NCBI GenBank assembly: GCA_020137815.1
Contig: CM035361.1
Coordinates: 1,240,001 to 1,304,000 of the forward strand
Reading direction: 5' to 3'
Source of the DNA: Hormiphora californensis
Taxonomy: Eukaryota > Animalia > Ctenophora
Length of the DNA: 64,000 nt
The translations under genes were made by a program, and so were the position numbers. The notes beneath the pieces were generated by a model. The model did not search any database, was not told where the DNA came from, and worked only from the letters and a program-made list of their open reading frames with translations. Positions 20,855 to 35,137 of the stretch are shown in pieces. Numbering within the stretch: the first letter of the stretch is position 1; every line of letters begins with the position of its first letter.

Positions 20855-23777
20855 ATGGCGTCCAATAATAAGGCGGAAATACAGGTTGGAGGTAAGAGTC
20901 CCTTAAAGAATAATTCTTCTTTCTTCACTTCGTTCGGTGTGGCCAGTCACATCACGAATGAGATTTGACCAGGATTAATCGAAAAGGAGTTAAATGTAGA
21001 TTTGATAATTAATTAATGATCAGTTATTTTTGTGGATAACCATGTTTAAATTTCAGGCAAGTACAGACTAGTACGAAGGATCGGCAGCGGATCTTTCGGT
21101 GATGTCTATCTCGGCACGAACATCCTCACCGGTGAAGAGGTGAGATATTTTTGAACTTACCATTAGTATGGGGCCGGGGGAAGGGTTCCACTCTTATGTA
21201 CCCCGCTTTTAATACCCCCTAATTCCTAAACTGGTCATAATCTCTCACACAAGAAACTATCCTCCCAAAAACAACTCCTCTGTCCCATCTCCAACCCCCA
21301 TCTCTCTCTCCCTTCTCCCATCTCCAACCCCCATCTCTCTTTTCCAGGTAGCGGTAAAGCTCGAACCCATCAAGTCCCGGCACCCACAGTTGCTCTATGA
21401 GAGCAAACTCTACAAGATCTTCCAGGGAGGAGTAGGAATCCCTCACATTAGGTGAGTGTTATTATTACTTAATTGATATATTGGGGCGGTGGTATGATGT
21501 CATTTAGTGGTGACGTAAAAATACGCCATATCTAATTCATACATTTGTAGACAGCTCTCAAGAATGATGATACAATAACACTTGATTCTTGAAATAGATT
21601 TGCCTCAATAGATATCACACGTTAATTTTACTCATCTTCAAGTTTTGCTGTTCTCAAAACTTTCTACTTCTGAACTTTTTACAAATAATTTCCATGAAAA
21701 TCAATAAAATAAATACATTTAATTTGTCATTCCCCCTCTATTTTAAATCCTCCCACCAAATTTCAATTTTAAACTGAATTAAATCTCTCTCCCAGGTATT
21801 TTGGCCAGGAACAAGACTACAACGTACTCGTGATGGACCTCCTCGGGCCCTCCCTCGAGGATCTATTCAACTTCTGCAGCAGGCGATTTACAATGAAGAC
21901 AGTCCTAATGTTGGCTGACCAGATGATAGGAAGAATTGAGTTCTTACACAACAAGAACTTTATTCACCGAGATATAAAACCAGATAATTTCTTAATGGGA
22001 ATCCTGAAACAGTGCAACAAGGTAAATTGTAACATGACGTCATAATCTGGAAATATATCTGCATTATAATCGTTCTAGAAAGTGTTTTACAAAGATTTAC
22101 ACGTTTACACTTTAAAAAGATAAATCTAGCAGAACAGTCTTTTTTGTAGCACGTTGTAATCTCCTTAAGACCGTGAAGAATGTCTCATTCAAAATGATAA
22201 TATTTAACTAAACTTATCTCTTCAAGGTGTTCCTGATTGACTACGGACTGGCCAAGAAATACCGAGATTCCCGGACACGCCTTCACATTCCCTACCGAGA
22301 GGACAAGAACTTAACCGGAACGGCACGATACGCTAGTATCAACGCTCACTTGGGTATTGAACAGAGCCGACGGGACGACATGGAGAGCCTTGGATACGTG
22401 CTCATGTATTTCAACAGATCATCCCTACCGTGGCAGGGTCTCAAAGCAGGAACTAAGAAACAGAAATATGAGAAAATATCAGAGAGAAAGATGTCCACCC
22501 CCATTGATTTACTGACCAAAGGATTCCCGTCCGAGTTTTCCAGTTACCTCAACTACTGCAGAGGTTTGTTTTGTTTGTTTTTTTTTGTTTTTTTTGTTTT
22601 TTGTTTGTTTTTTTGTTTGTTTTTTGTTTGTTTGTATTTTTCAAACCCGCGGGGCGTGGGGAAGTGTTTTTTACCATTTATAGTCGTTTTATCTTTGTTT
22701 CTTTCTATCGCTGAATGATACAGGGTGTTCATTATGTGTGTTCATTGTTTGGCTCACACCACGCTCTGTAAGGGTTAGGTAGATTGAGGTGTTCATAATG
22801 GCACCACTCCAGCAGCTAATTAAGGGATGGCTCCCTGTATTATACCCTTCATAATCATGATAATGAATCCCGCCACACAATAGTTCACCTTTTAGTTGGC
22901 TGGTTGAGGACTAATTGAACCACTCAGATTTATGGGTGTGTGTGAAATCTTAATATGGTACCTAAACTAGAAAGTTCCGTGGTATTGAAAGATGAATCTA
23001 GAACCTTTTAGTGCTTGTTATACTACTAGCGTTATTATACTCCTTATTACAGGGTAGTCTATAAATTATAATCCCACACCATTTCTTGGTATCCCTTACT
23101 CGGAGATTTATAGAACCTCAATTTATCAAATAAACGCGTCCCCCGCGGTACGACTAATTAAGTCCAACACCTCATTTGTTATGTTTTAACCCTCCTTTAC
23201 ATTTGTAAAGAGGGTCGAGCTAGGCAACACCTCATTGGGAGATGGCATTAAGAAACACCCTGTACAATAACAGTACGGCCCCCGACTACATTTATCTAAT
23301 AACAAGATCCTTTCAGGGCTGAGGTTCGAGGAGGCCCCCGACTGCCCCTGACTACATTTATCTAATAGCAATCCTTTCAGGCCTGAGGTTCGAGGAGGCC
23401 CCCGACTACATGTATCTCCGACAGCTATTCCGACTACTTTTCAGAACCCTAAACCATTCCTACGATTACATCTTTGATTGGACCATGTTACGTCAGGTAC
23501 TGCTCTAATTATATATTTCTACAACGGGTACATTTAATTAGGTCATTATCGGTAATCCCGGTCCATTTATTAGGTCATTATCGGTAATTCCGGTCCCTCT
23601 CAATCAATGATCTCACCCCCCCCCCCCGATTAATATTCCCCAATATATAATCCCTATCCTCATTACACACAGCAAAAGGAGCAAGCCCAAGCAGCGAGTG
23701 CGAGCAACAGCGCAGCCGCCACGCCCGGAACCGCCAAGAAGAGGACAGAAACACGTGGACGGAGCAAGAACGAGTGA
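20855..23777 (+). CDS. CSNK1A1: Casein kinase I alpha, 7 exons (20855-20891, 21057-21139, 21348-21451, 21796-22021, 22227-~22564, 23381-23496, 23673-23777)
   Basis: [82 protein letters not shown]; short C-terminal tail. Confidence 0.93.
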
Positions 23778-23866
23778 AAACCAGAGAGATAGAGTGGGAG
23801 AGAGTAGGGTGATGTGCTGTGTGAACTGTTTATTGGACTCATTTTTTCACATGGATATGTATCCAT

Positions 23867-23975
23867 CAGGAACCGACCGAATCAGGAAATACCGGTCTCT
23901 GATTGGCTGATAACCAGTCACGTGACCTAAATAACGAGTTCTTATTGGTTGTTTACTTGTGTCGGTCGGTTCCTG
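23867..23975. mobile_element. 109-bp hAT MITE copy 1
   Basis: CAGGAACCGACCGA...TCGGTCGGTTCCTG; 8-bp TSD GTATCCAT/GTATCCAC (7 of 8 match). Confidence 0.88.
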
Positions 23976-24014
23976 GTATCCACCCTTTCAGTCATGCGCA
24001 GAACATATATTATT

Positions 24015-24268
24015 AAGTCCAATTTTAAAATTAAGCGTTTGTGATGTCACCATCAGACCTCGAGATATCGTTAGTGACGTACAGCTGTTACACCCCGATA
24101 TACACCGGGTCATTCCCCCGATAATTAATATACCGGGCCATACCATTCCCCCGATCAGCCCGGTAAATCGTAATCTTACTGTACATAATGGGGTATGACA
24201 TACCCGGTTTGTACGAAATTACATATTTTTTTGTGTAGCGTCCATCGCTTAATTTTAAAATTGGACTT
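24015..24268. mobile_element. MITE with TIR AAGTCCAATTTTAAAATTAAGCG
   Basis: 23-bp inverted termini; TSD unclear. Confidence 0.7.
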
Positions 24269-24802
24269 TGGAATTGGGAGCTATGTTGTTGAACGTAATA
24301 CACCGACAATAAGATGAATGAGTTTGTAGGTGAATTAATTTGTTGAAAAAAAGCAACGCTTGATGGGTCTCACGCGTTTTGGAGGGATAAATACCACGAA
24401 TTTGTGTTCTCCATATCCCTATCCACTTATAATGTATAGGAATACTTTTTTTGCTCTTTCACTAAGAAGGACAAACAGAGAGATATTAAAAGGAGAGAGA
24501 GGTATCTTTTATAGGTTCGCAATATAATATTTTTCACGCCCATCGAACTAAATTGATAGTTTTTGGGCCGTGAGACACGTACTATAGAGAGCTGCGGGGT
24601 ATAAATGTAATCAGCACGAATAATAAAGTTTTTGGGTTAGAAATAAATATATTCGTGTAATCTCTCACGGATGTATATTAATGGGGTTTTTTCATCTGTC
24701 AGTTGTTTTTGCTCTCAGCATCTTCACTCACATTTCACTTGTTAGAGATCCCCCTCTTTTAGAGCTCCCCCCCAGGAATATTTCCCCCGCGTCAGTTTAA
24801 CC

Positions 24803-24911
24803 TAGGAACCGACCGAATCAGGAAATACTGGTCCCTGATTGGCTGATAACCAGTCACGTGACCTAAATAACGAGTTCTGATTGGTTGTTTACTTGTTTCG
24901 GTCGGTTCCTG
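24803..24911. mobile_element. 109-bp hAT MITE copy 2
   Basis: Same family as 23867; perfect 8-bp TSD GTTTAACC. Confidence 0.92.
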
Positions 24912-26099
24912 GTTTAACCACACCAATATGTATATTGATGATCTCTCAAAAATATTATGTTAACGGAATGAAATGTGGGTGTTATCATTTTGTGAATGAG
25001 AGAGAGCAGTATATTTACCGATGATGTGCAGTCTTGTATAGAAAACTGAAGTGTGTTTGAACGAGAGAGAGTGGGAGAGAGATAGAGTGGGTGAAAGAGA
25101 GAGAAAGAGATAGAGATAAAGAGAGTTGGGTGGGAGATAGAGAGAGCTAGAGTGGGAGAGAGAGAGAGAAAAGTTATCTGTGAACCCCCATGTTACTTTG
25201 TGCACACTGATTTAAGAAAAAAATTGTTTGTTTCAAACTTTTCGATGATGTAAATAATCGGGAATTCATCTCTTCATATTTTATCCTAGCGTAGCAGCCG
25301 ATCCATCATCATTCATCAGTCCTCCACTTCACATGTTTGTTGCCAGACCGTCTAAAGACAGTCGTTCTAAGTTAGAACTTCTAACTGTGTCATGGCCTGG
25401 TAGATGGGTGGCGCCCTTGATATTGATCCTGCTAATCTCATCCTTGATTCTTCTAACTGTGTACTGTATATTATAATGTACTGTCATGTGCACTCCTCAA
25501 ATCCACTGTTTTCCGGGGTTTTGTGTGTGTGTAGGTGTGTTTAAGGGTACACCTGGCGTTTTTCATCATCGAGTGCCCAACCAAATGACTTCACCAGGGT
25601 TTAGGCCATACAAAATGGACCTCAAATATGCAATTTTAGCCCTAAAGTCGAATTCATATTTTTGCTACAGCCTATTTTAAAAGTGGCGTTTTTTCAATTT
25701 TTGTTGAAATTTTTAACCTCAGGACCACTTTTTTTGAGATGGAAACATTATATTCTTGGAATTTGAAGAGAATATAAAGGTGAATAAGCCTAAAGAAGGA
25801 TTTTTGAAATGGAGCTTTTTTCTGGCCATGAGAACGGTTTACTTTTTTGCGTCTTTGACACGCTGGCTGAGAATGTTTCCATGCTTCATTAGAGATGAAA
25901 ATCTGGAAATAGTTGCTCAAAACGATTATCTATGTGGCCCAAAAATTTTGGAACTTTCCCGTCAAAGATGTGGTGTACAAAGCTTGTTTTGTGAAACCCG
26001 TCTTTTTGAAAAAGAGGGAAATTCCCTGTATCTCAAAAACGGATGATCGTAGAGACCTGGGACCAAGCTTAATCGATTCAGAAGGTCCGATTTTGGGGG

Positions 26100-28680
26100 G
26101 GCATTGAGAGACCCATGGGCCCCTTTTAAAAACAAGGGGGTTTTGGAAAAGAAGGGAAAAGGGGAAAAAAAAAAGGAAGGGGAAAAAGAAGAGGAGGAGG
26201 GGAAAAAAGGGGGAGAAAGGGGGCTTTTTCCCCGGGCCCTTTTTTTTTTCCCCCCCTTACTTTTAAACGGAAAAAAAAAAAAAAAAAATTTTTTTCGCAA
26301 TTAAAAAAAACCCCAAAAACGGCGGAGAAAGGGCTGTCTTCAGTACCCCCCAAAATGGATTTTAATGTTAAGTTGGTCCCATTTTAAATCACCTTTTAGA
26401 TCGGGGAACCCTCTTTTTAAAAAGGACGGGTTTCACCCGCTCTGACCCCCTTTTGGGGGAAATTAAAAAATTTTTCCCAAAAATTTTTTCTTTCCCCAGT
26501 TTTATCCTAAAATTTAAAATTTACCAGGGGAAAAAAAAAAAAAAAGGGCTCCCCGAATCCCTTTAAAAACCCCCGGTTTTTTTAAACCAAAAAAAAATTT
26601 TTTTTCTTCAAAAAAAAAGGGTTTCCTTTTTTTTCCTTGGCCCTTTTTCTCTTTTTTCCCTTTTGGGGGCCCTTTTTTTCCTTTTTTTTCCCTTTCTTTT
26701 CCTTTTTTTTTTCCCTTCCCTTTTATTTTTTTTTTTTTTTTTTTCCCCCAAAAACCCCCCTTTAAAAAACGGGGGTTTTTTTTTTCCCCCCCCGGCTTTT
26801 AAAAAGGAAAAAAAAAAAAAAGGAAAAGGAGAGGAGAAAAAAGAAAAAAGAAAAAAAAAAGGGGGGAAAGAAAGGGAAAAAGTTTTTTTTTCCCCCCCCT
26901 TTTTTTTCCTTTTTTTCCCCTTTCCCTTTTTCCCCCCAAAAAAATTTTTTTAATACTCTTTTTGGGAATGGGGGGGGTTTAAAAGGGGAAAAAAAAGAAA
27001 AAGAAAAAAAAATTTGAAAAAAAATTGAAAAGTATTCAAATTGGTTTTTTGAAACCCAAAAAAGGCAAGAAAAGGGGGGGAAGGGTTTTTTCTTACTGGG
27101 GGAAAAAAAATTTAACGATTTTTCTGAATTTTTAAAATAAGGGGGGATGGAAGGGGTTTTGGGGGAAAAACAAAATTTTTTGAATATGTAAAAAAAGAAG
27201 AAAATAAAGTTTTTTAAAAATTTTCCATTCGTAAAAAAAGTTTAAAATTTCTGCCAAATTGAAAATGAGAAAAAAGGGGGCCCGAAAATTAAGCAAACCC
27301 CCCGAAACGGAAAAAAAAAAGGGTTAAAAAAAAGATTCGGAAAGAAAATTGAAGGGGTTCTCCCAAAAAAATTTTGGAAGTTTTGGCAAAAAAAAAGGGG
27401 GGGGAAAAAAAGGGCAACAAAATTAAAAATTTTAGTCGGGACCAGGGGGAAAATTTTTATTTGACCCCCCCCGGCGATGGTTGGGTTAGGTTTTGGAGAG
27501 GAAAGGGGAGACGAGAGAGGGTGGTAGAAAAAGGAAAATTAAATTGAAAAAGGGAAAAGAGATGAGAGGGAGGGAAAGGAGGAAAGTAAAAAGAAAATAG
27601 TTTAAAAGTGGGCGTGGGGGGGAGTATTTTATGCTTGGGAAGAATTGTAAATCATAAGGCGAAAGTGTGCATATAATTTCTCATCATCATATCATACTAA
27701 AATTATCGATCACATACCCTACATAAAAAATGTTTAATGTGTGCGAGGGAAACTATACTGTACAGAGACCCTATATTTTACCTCTGAAAAAGGGAAAGGA
27801 AAAATTGAACGGTGGTTTTTAAAACGGCCGGTTTTTTAATGGTTTGCTTTATTTAAAGGTACATTTGGAAAAAATACCCGGGGCCAAACTTTTTTTTTTA
27901 ATTTTCCCAAAAGTTAAAAACTGTTTTTTTCCCCCAATTTTTCAAAAGGTTGTTTAAACGGGTTGAAATCCCAAAGTCCCAAAGGGGAGGGGTTTTCAAG
28001 TTCACAATGGTAAGAAAATTTAAAAGTTTTTAGGGCCGCAGGATGTTCTGAGTTCCTTCCTGGTCACCCCCTTTGCCGCATTCCCAAAGCAAACTCCGCG
28101 AATTTTGCCCCTTTTTTTTGGGGGGCGGGGGGGGCGGCGGGGAGGGAGAGCGGGAGGGGCGGGGGGGCGAGGGGGGGGGGAGGGGCCAAAAACCAAAACC
28201 CCGCCCCCCCCCCCCCCCCCTCCGTCCCCCCCCCCCCCCAAACACCCCTTCCAACCCCTCCCCCCCCTTTTCTTTTTCCCTTTGCCCCCCCCTTCCCATT
28301 TGCATAAAAGGGCCCCCCGCATCTCCCCGCAACCCGAACCCCGGGGGGGCCCCCCTATATCCCCCTTTGCAAAAAATACCCCTTTTTTCTTTTGGGGCTT
28401 CCCCTTTTCCCTTTTTCCCCTTTTCCCTTCTTTTATCCTTTTAATTTTAAAAGAAAATTTTTTTACCAAATTTTACCCTCCATTTAAACCCCCTTTTTAA
28501 AGGGGGTCTGAAAAAAAATATAAAGCCCTTAGTTTGAAAAGGATTTTACAAGGTAGTTTTTGGGCGCCAAGGGGTTTATTTTCCATTTTAAAAAAAACCC
28601 GCGAAAATTAGCGTTTTAAAAATTTCGGAACTTTTTAAAAAAAAAAAAAAGCACCAACTTTTTTGGACCCCACAATATCA
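26100..28680. other. Low-quality, homopolymer-inflated sequence (probable long-read error)
   Basis: Abrupt switch to long A/T/G/C runs; 26340-26440 is a corrupted inverted copy of 25990-26105. Confidence 0.8.
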
Positions 28681-29867
28681 ATACTTTTAGTTGTGGGGGA
28701 GGGAGAGGTCTGGCGTCTGCAGGAGTGTATCACGGTCGCTTGTAGTGGGAAAACGGTAATGGAAAACGAAGATACAGTAAGACGACGCGCAACCGTTACC
28801 AATCAGGGCGCTAGTACGTGCTGACACATGAACTTTTTGCCGCGCGTTATGCACCGTGCGCGTCTCCTTACTGTATTTTGCGTTACCGTATTTTGACTGC
28901 AAGCAGCACTGTTAGGATTCAGGGACATAAATTATACTCAAGTTTGAGTATCTTTGGAAGATTTGGTTTCGCATCATGAAAAAATAAAATACGAATGCGC
29001 AACACGGTTGAACCGTCTATTCAGTATTATTTACCCAAAATAATTGACCATATTAGTCTATTATATTTGTTGAATCTTTTATCAGATCACCACTGTCAAG
29101 ATTGGCATTTTGATCGAAAATGGTCATAACAGTTATTTTAGGACCACTCACAAATTCGGGGGGTCGACTCCTTATTAAGACTTTAGACCGCTTCAGAAAA
29201 TTTAACTTTTTGTCTGACGTTTCTTGTTTAATTTCCCCCCCCCCCTCGTGACAGTGTACACAAAAACAAATTAAAATATGTGGTGTGTTACATACCACTT
29301 ATTTTAATTAGTAGGTCCCCCACTGTATGTGTGTGGTCCTCTCTCCTTAACCGAGATCTAGGCGAGTATGTGTGAGATTTCCCCATTCATCTGTTGTACA
29401 GAGGGCGTGTGTGTGTATCAGCACCAGAAGGAGATATATTAAAATTTCTTCCTGTATGTGTGTGGTCCGGTTTATACAATAATACATACCGCAATCCGCG
29501 TGTATTATTGTATAAACCTGACCAGCCATATATACACAGTGGGACCTACTGTTATAGAGGTGATGGGACCACTTACAAGTGACATCATGGTGGATCAAAG
29601 TGGATTAGGGGGATTGTTACTTTCACTAGGAGAGAGCAGTCTCTCCAAGTTATAAAATATACATGTAGGAGTCACCATCTCCAATCATGAGGATATCTAT
29701 TTAGATGTTAGGGGCCGCATACAGCTTAGAACCTGACACATGTGTTTGATAGGCCTACTACAGCTGAGCTGCTGTAGTCGCTTTAATTTCATCACGTGAT
29801 AAGCTTTGCTTGTCAGTCTACCTTAATGTTTCTCTCTCTCTCTCTCCCTCTCTCACTCGCTCTTTTA

Positions 29868-29921
<54 letters not shown>

Positions 29922-30047
29922 TCTCTCTTTCTCTCTCTCTCTCTCTTTCTCCCTCTCTTTCTTTCTCTCTTTTTCTGGTTTTACACGCGTGTATGTTTGC
30001 ACTATCATCAGTGTCAATAGCGGTAACGTGCATAGAAAAGAACGGGT

Positions 30048-30079
<32 letters not shown>

Positions 30080-30461
30080 AAGAGAGAGAGGGGGATGGTA
30101 AGCTTGCAGCTCCAACGGGCGTGGTAAGATTGAATGATGGACCGATAAATAGGAAGCACAATTCCGATATATCGATATAAGGATTCAGGATAAAACTTAC
30201 CCCAAACTTGGGTGGGAGGCACACTGCATGGTGAAATATGAAGAAAACTAAACTATACCTGATACGGGATACAACCCTTTGTTTTGTTCAAACCGGGCCG
30301 AACAAGCTGCAAGGCAAACCACCCTAATGTACTGACTAAACTGACGTCTGACCAGTTGTACTGTTAGTATATTGACACGCCAGACTTAAAAATAGGGGAT
30401 GTTGCAAGTAATGGTTGGTTGAGTGCTCGACTCAATCGTTCCAATTTATAGCAAGTCGAGT

Positions 30462-31123
30462 GGGGGGGGGGGGGGGGGCCGGCTGAAGTTTTTGAAGTTT
30501 GAAGTTTTCCACCCTACTTTTTGAGTTTTTGAAGTTTTTGAAGTTGACTTCAAAAACTTCAAAAACTTCAAAAACTCTAAACTACTTTTATATGCTATCA
30601 GTGACTATTATTACACTTGTTTAGGTTAGTTTCATGCTTAATACATATTGTGGCAAAGTTATCCGTCCTTGTCTGCCCTTTTTCTACCACAAATTAGGAT
30701 ATTTACAATGATTCCTAGCCATGAAATCCATGGCACAATTTGGTGTAAAAAATTTTAAATTTTTTGTAAAAACAGATTTCATTTTCATTCTATAACTCAA
30801 AAAGTTGCCTAGAAATTCTAAGAAAGTGTTTAAAAATTATGAAGTAAATTTTCAAAAATTTTTTTGGGGCCACACCCTTTTTTCACAGTTTCACAAAATG
30901 CAAATTTTTTATTAAGGGAGTAGTGAAAAAACATGGACACCAAATCATCAGCGGCCTCGAGTTTATATAAGAGTTATGAAGCAACATAGGGCCTATCTCC
31001 AACGGTTTAGGAGATATGAGTTTTTGAAGTTTTTGAAGTTTTTGAAGTTTTCCACCCTAAGTTTCTCTTTGAAGTTTTTGAAGTTGACTTCAAAAACTTC
31101 AAAAACTTCAGCCGGCCCCCCCC
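30462..31123. mobile_element. MITE with G-run termini and 8-bp TSD AGTCGAGT (Merlin/Mutator-like)
   Basis: AGTCGAGT|GGG..GCCGGCTGAAGTTTTTGAAG ... CTTCAAAAACTTCAGCCGGCCCCCCCC|AGTCGAGT; subterminal GAAGTTTTT repeats. Confidence 0.85.
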
Positions 31124-32563
31124 AGTCGAGTCCTAGTTGGTTAATTTTAGACGAATCATGTGTACTGAGTTGATATAGAGATATATATTGGGGGAATGAA
31201 GTGGATATATTAACGTTATATTAGTTGATTGTGACGCTCAAGGATATACCTCTGACGTCAGTAGATGACGTCATTTGACATGTCTTTGATCGCTTATGAA
31301 CCCCTATTTGATCACGCTTCTGACATACACGTGATCATATATTTCCACCCAAAATCCAAACTTTAAAACCCTTCATCGGCCTTCGTTCTCTCTCTTTATC
31401 CCCCTCCTCTCTCTCCCAACTCTCTTCTCTATCCTGCTTCAACTCGGCCCTCCGCTTCTCGTCGATCCTCTATCACTACTCATCAATTTATATCTGTCTT
31501 CTGCCTCGCTCTCTCTCTCCTCCTCTCCTCTCTCTCTCTATCCCTCTATCTCTCTCTCTCTCTCTCCTGTCACTCTCTCTCTTCCCCTATCTCTCTCAGT
31601 TCCTGCATGCTGTATGCAGTATTTCTGCATGCTCATGCTTTTGCAGGAGAAAGTAATAGCGTGATGCTACTATACACTCATCGTAAGTAGTTGCACACAC
31701 ATTTTACTAAAATTATTCGAACTCTTCATCTCGCCCTTTCTTTTTCATATAATCACTGCCTATCTTTAATAAACAAGCTGGTTTTCTTTATTTGATATCC
31801 CATTTTATCATTCCAAGCGGACAGCTCCCATCAGTGTATTATTTGTAATACACGCATCTTCACATTGTATTTACACACATTGGGAGCTAAATGTGGGGGC
31901 CAGTATCTCATGTGTGTATTGTACTCCACCGCACGAGACAGCCTGAACGAGTGAAACAATACACGGTCTGTTTTGTTTTCTTCTCTCTCTCTTTCTCTCT
32001 CTCTCTTTCTCTCTGAAATATGTATCCTGGCAAATTGAAATTCGATACATCCTGGCCTCTTATCTCCCCCTTATAACCCTAAAATAGAAAACCGACATGG
32101 GCACCGACATCCGTAGTTCTGTGAGTCGTGATGATTTTAAACAGTCGTGATGGTTATCATAATAGTTAAAATTTCTTTAAATATCAAGCTAGTTTTCAAG
32201 TCACGAATTTTCTCTCTTTCTATCGCCCTCTTTTCATCTGTCAATGAATCCCTGTGCTTATTTTCGCATCATTTTCTTTCTCTTTCTCCCTTTCTCATAT
32301 CCCCTCCCCTTGTGTATAATGGCTGTGAGTGTGTGTGAGTGTGGAAGAAGTTGACGTAACACACTCGAGCTCGCGTCGTTTTGTTGCGCCGGCACACTGA
32401 AGACAAAATGTCAGCATAAATCTAGAGGGTCGGGAGGGCGAAAGTGTCCTGTTGTAAGCAGTTTGGTCGCGCGCACCAAGTCGACCTCTGACAGCGGACT
32501 CGCGGCGCGCACCGTCCCAATAGACTGTCACTGACTGTCATGACAGTCTCTCTCCCTATTTAA

Positions 32564-32680
32564 AGTGCGTTTCAAACGACTTGACCTGAGATTCCTGGAA
32601 ATTCAGGATTTCCCCTTTGTAAATACACGCGCAATGCGCCAAATTCCAAGAATTACGGGTCAAGTCGCTTGAAACGGACT
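32564..32680. mobile_element. Small TTAA-flanked MITE (Kolobok-like AG..CT ends)
   Basis: TTAA|AGTGCGTTTCAAACGACTTGACC ... GGTCAAGTCGCTTGAAACGGACT|TTAA. Confidence 0.75.
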
Positions 32681-33809
32681 TTAATTGTTGCTCATGCTGT
32701 CCAGGGCTGCTTGTCTCTAGAAAACCGTTCGTCTATCAGCTGGCCATCTCAAGAAGATCAATACTCACCTCGGATTGGATATATTAAATATTTCGGTCTT
32801 TTTACCGCAACCGCGTAAAACAAATATTATAACTGCATTTATGCGCCGCGCAAAAAACGGATTACTCGATACGCGCGCTGAAAAGATCAGTGCACAACGC
32901 GAACTTGAAAGTCAAAGAAACTTCCAGGTCAATTTTTGTTTTCCAACAATCAACTGTTTCACAAAGTACAAACCGGAAACCCCCTGGTTTTGTGAAGTTT
33001 ATTTTTGCAATATCCCTGTTCCTGATTAGATAGAGACTTCACCTTGGTTTCTCTGATCAGGAGATGTTATTCGCAATGTCAATTGGGATGGGGGATCGAA
33101 CCTTGAACAGCGCTGCCTTATCTCGCACTGTATTTGGTGCAGAATAGCCAGGGATAAAACGGTCATAGCATATGCCAAATAAAGATCTCAAGTTTTGACA
33201 AGCGCTTCCCCGCAGCGAGCCACTTAAAACCTTGTCACTGCACTGGCAAGTGCCCCGTGGCCTTAGGGGGGTCTGGGGGCACAGCCCCCAGCATTAAAAA
33301 TATCCCCAGTCATATCAAATCATGACTCTGAAACAATTAAGTCCGGCGCGAGAAGTTCATTTACCCCCCCCCCAGTGGGGGCCAGTGCAGTATACCATAC
33401 GGATGCGACAAACGCCCTTTTTGAGCGCCTGTTTGACCATGTTCCCGATAAGCTAGCGAGCTGAAATTTTGTAGTCATAGGTACCTCTACCATTACTGTT
33501 AGTGATATAAATTTCAAGTGGATCGGTCGTTTCGTTCAAAAGTTACGAGGGGGGTCCCAAACACACCCTGTGTAGACACTATACATACATACATACATAC
33601 AAGGCACCACCATTTTGCAAACATTCGCCTGGAAAAACGGCTAAAGCTAGAGCCCTGAAATTTTAAACTTAGGTTACTCTAGTTATTCTGTGTGTAGTAG
33701 GCTATATGGCATCTTGATTGGAGATCATTAAGTCATTAATTATGCATAATTTATGTATAAATTTATGAATATCTCGGTAATGACTCATATTAGAGAAAAA
33801 TGAACGGTT

Positions 33810-34850
33810 CTAACCGACGCAAAATATTCGATTTATGGGGGGTCTTACTCGGGACAATTTTCTCTAACTTGAACCGTTAAGGAGTTATATGCACATAATT
33901 ATGAGAATATGCATATCTGAATATCTCAGGTTCTACTAACGGCTTTTCATTGGTCGCATTGGACGGAGAATAGTCGATTTGTGGGGGGTCGTCCCCCAGA
34001 TAAAAAGTCGTATCTCGCACCGTTTAGCCTTAATTTGCATATTTATGCGCCGATTCATAATTTAATGCATATTCTGAATATTTCCACTTCAGCTGGTCCT
34101 AGAAAGTTTTCATGGTCATATTTCGACGCAGAATGATCGATTTATGGGGGGTCGTCCCCCAGACAAAAAGTCGTATCTCGCACCGTTTAGCCGTAATTTG
34201 CATATTTATACTCCGTACATATGCACGACCTTTTTACAGACCAAACTGAGCGAAAACGGCTGGATTTAGAGCTTTTTGTCCCAGGGACGACCCCCCATAA
34301 ATCGACTATTCTACATGTAGTAGGCTATATAAAATTTTGATTTGAACATGGGAAGTCATTAATTATGCATAATTTATGTATAATTTTATGATTATCTCGG
34401 TATTGGCTGTTGTAAGGACATTTAAAATGACATATTTCGACGCAAAATACTCACTTTATGGGGGGTCAACCCCCGGACAAAAAGTCGTATCTCGCACCGT
34501 TTAGCTACTATTTGCATATTTATGCACAGATTTATGATTTAATGCATATTCTGGATATTTCCATTTCAGCTGGTCATAGAAAGTTTTCATGGACATATTT
34601 TGACGCAGAATGGTCGATTTATGGGGGGTCGTCCCACGGACAAAAAGTCGTATATCGCACCGTTTAGCCGTTATTTGCATATTTATGCGCAGATTCATGA
34701 TTAAATGCATATTTTGAATATTTCCATTTTAGCTGGTCCTAGAACGTTTTTACGGACAAATTTCGACGCAGAATGATCGATTTATATGGGGTCGTCCCCC
34801 CGGACAAAAAGTCGTATCTCGCATCGTTTAGTCGTTATTTGCATATTTCG
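33810..34850. repeat. Degenerate ~160-bp tandem repeats, probably the interior of a Helentron/HINE-like element (CATA microsatellite at ~33580)
   Basis: Recurrent TCGATTTATGGGGGGTCGTCCCC...AAAAAGTCGTATCTCGCACCGTTTAG units, one partly inverted at ~34270-34310. Confidence 0.7.
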
Positions 34851-34875
34851 ATACCTGTATACAAAAAACCTGAGA

Positions 34876-35129
34876 AACTAGATCAAAAAACAAAAAAAAT
34901 TTGTTTGGAACACCCGTGGCCTTTTTACGATACTTGGCGCTACGGGAAATGCACCCTTCGTCGGAGTAAAAGTAAAAGAGAGGGTGAAAAAGTGTGAGAA
35001 CTTGGAGAGAGATCGATGACATAACAATACCTAGTAGCTCAGATTATGGGTGCGTTTCCCGTAGCGCCAAGTATCGTAAAAAGGCCACGGGTGTTCCAAA
35101 CAAATTTTTTTTGTTTTTTGATCTAGTTT
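34876..35129. mobile_element. Palindromic MITE-like element with ~80-bp TIRs
   Basis: AAACTAGATCAAAAAAC...GGGAAATGCACCC is mirrored by GGGTGCGTTTCCC...GATCTAGTTT. Confidence 0.8.
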
Positions 35130-35137
35130 TAACATAA

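Noticed and set aside
25541-26100. TTAA-GGGTACACC start of a possible Kolobok/piggyBac-like element
   Set aside because: The matching end cannot be found because it would lie in the low-quality block.
26100-28680. Lys/Phe/Gly/Pro-rich ORFs or G-quadruplex cluster
   Set aside because: Homopolymer-inflated sequence consistent with base-calling error.
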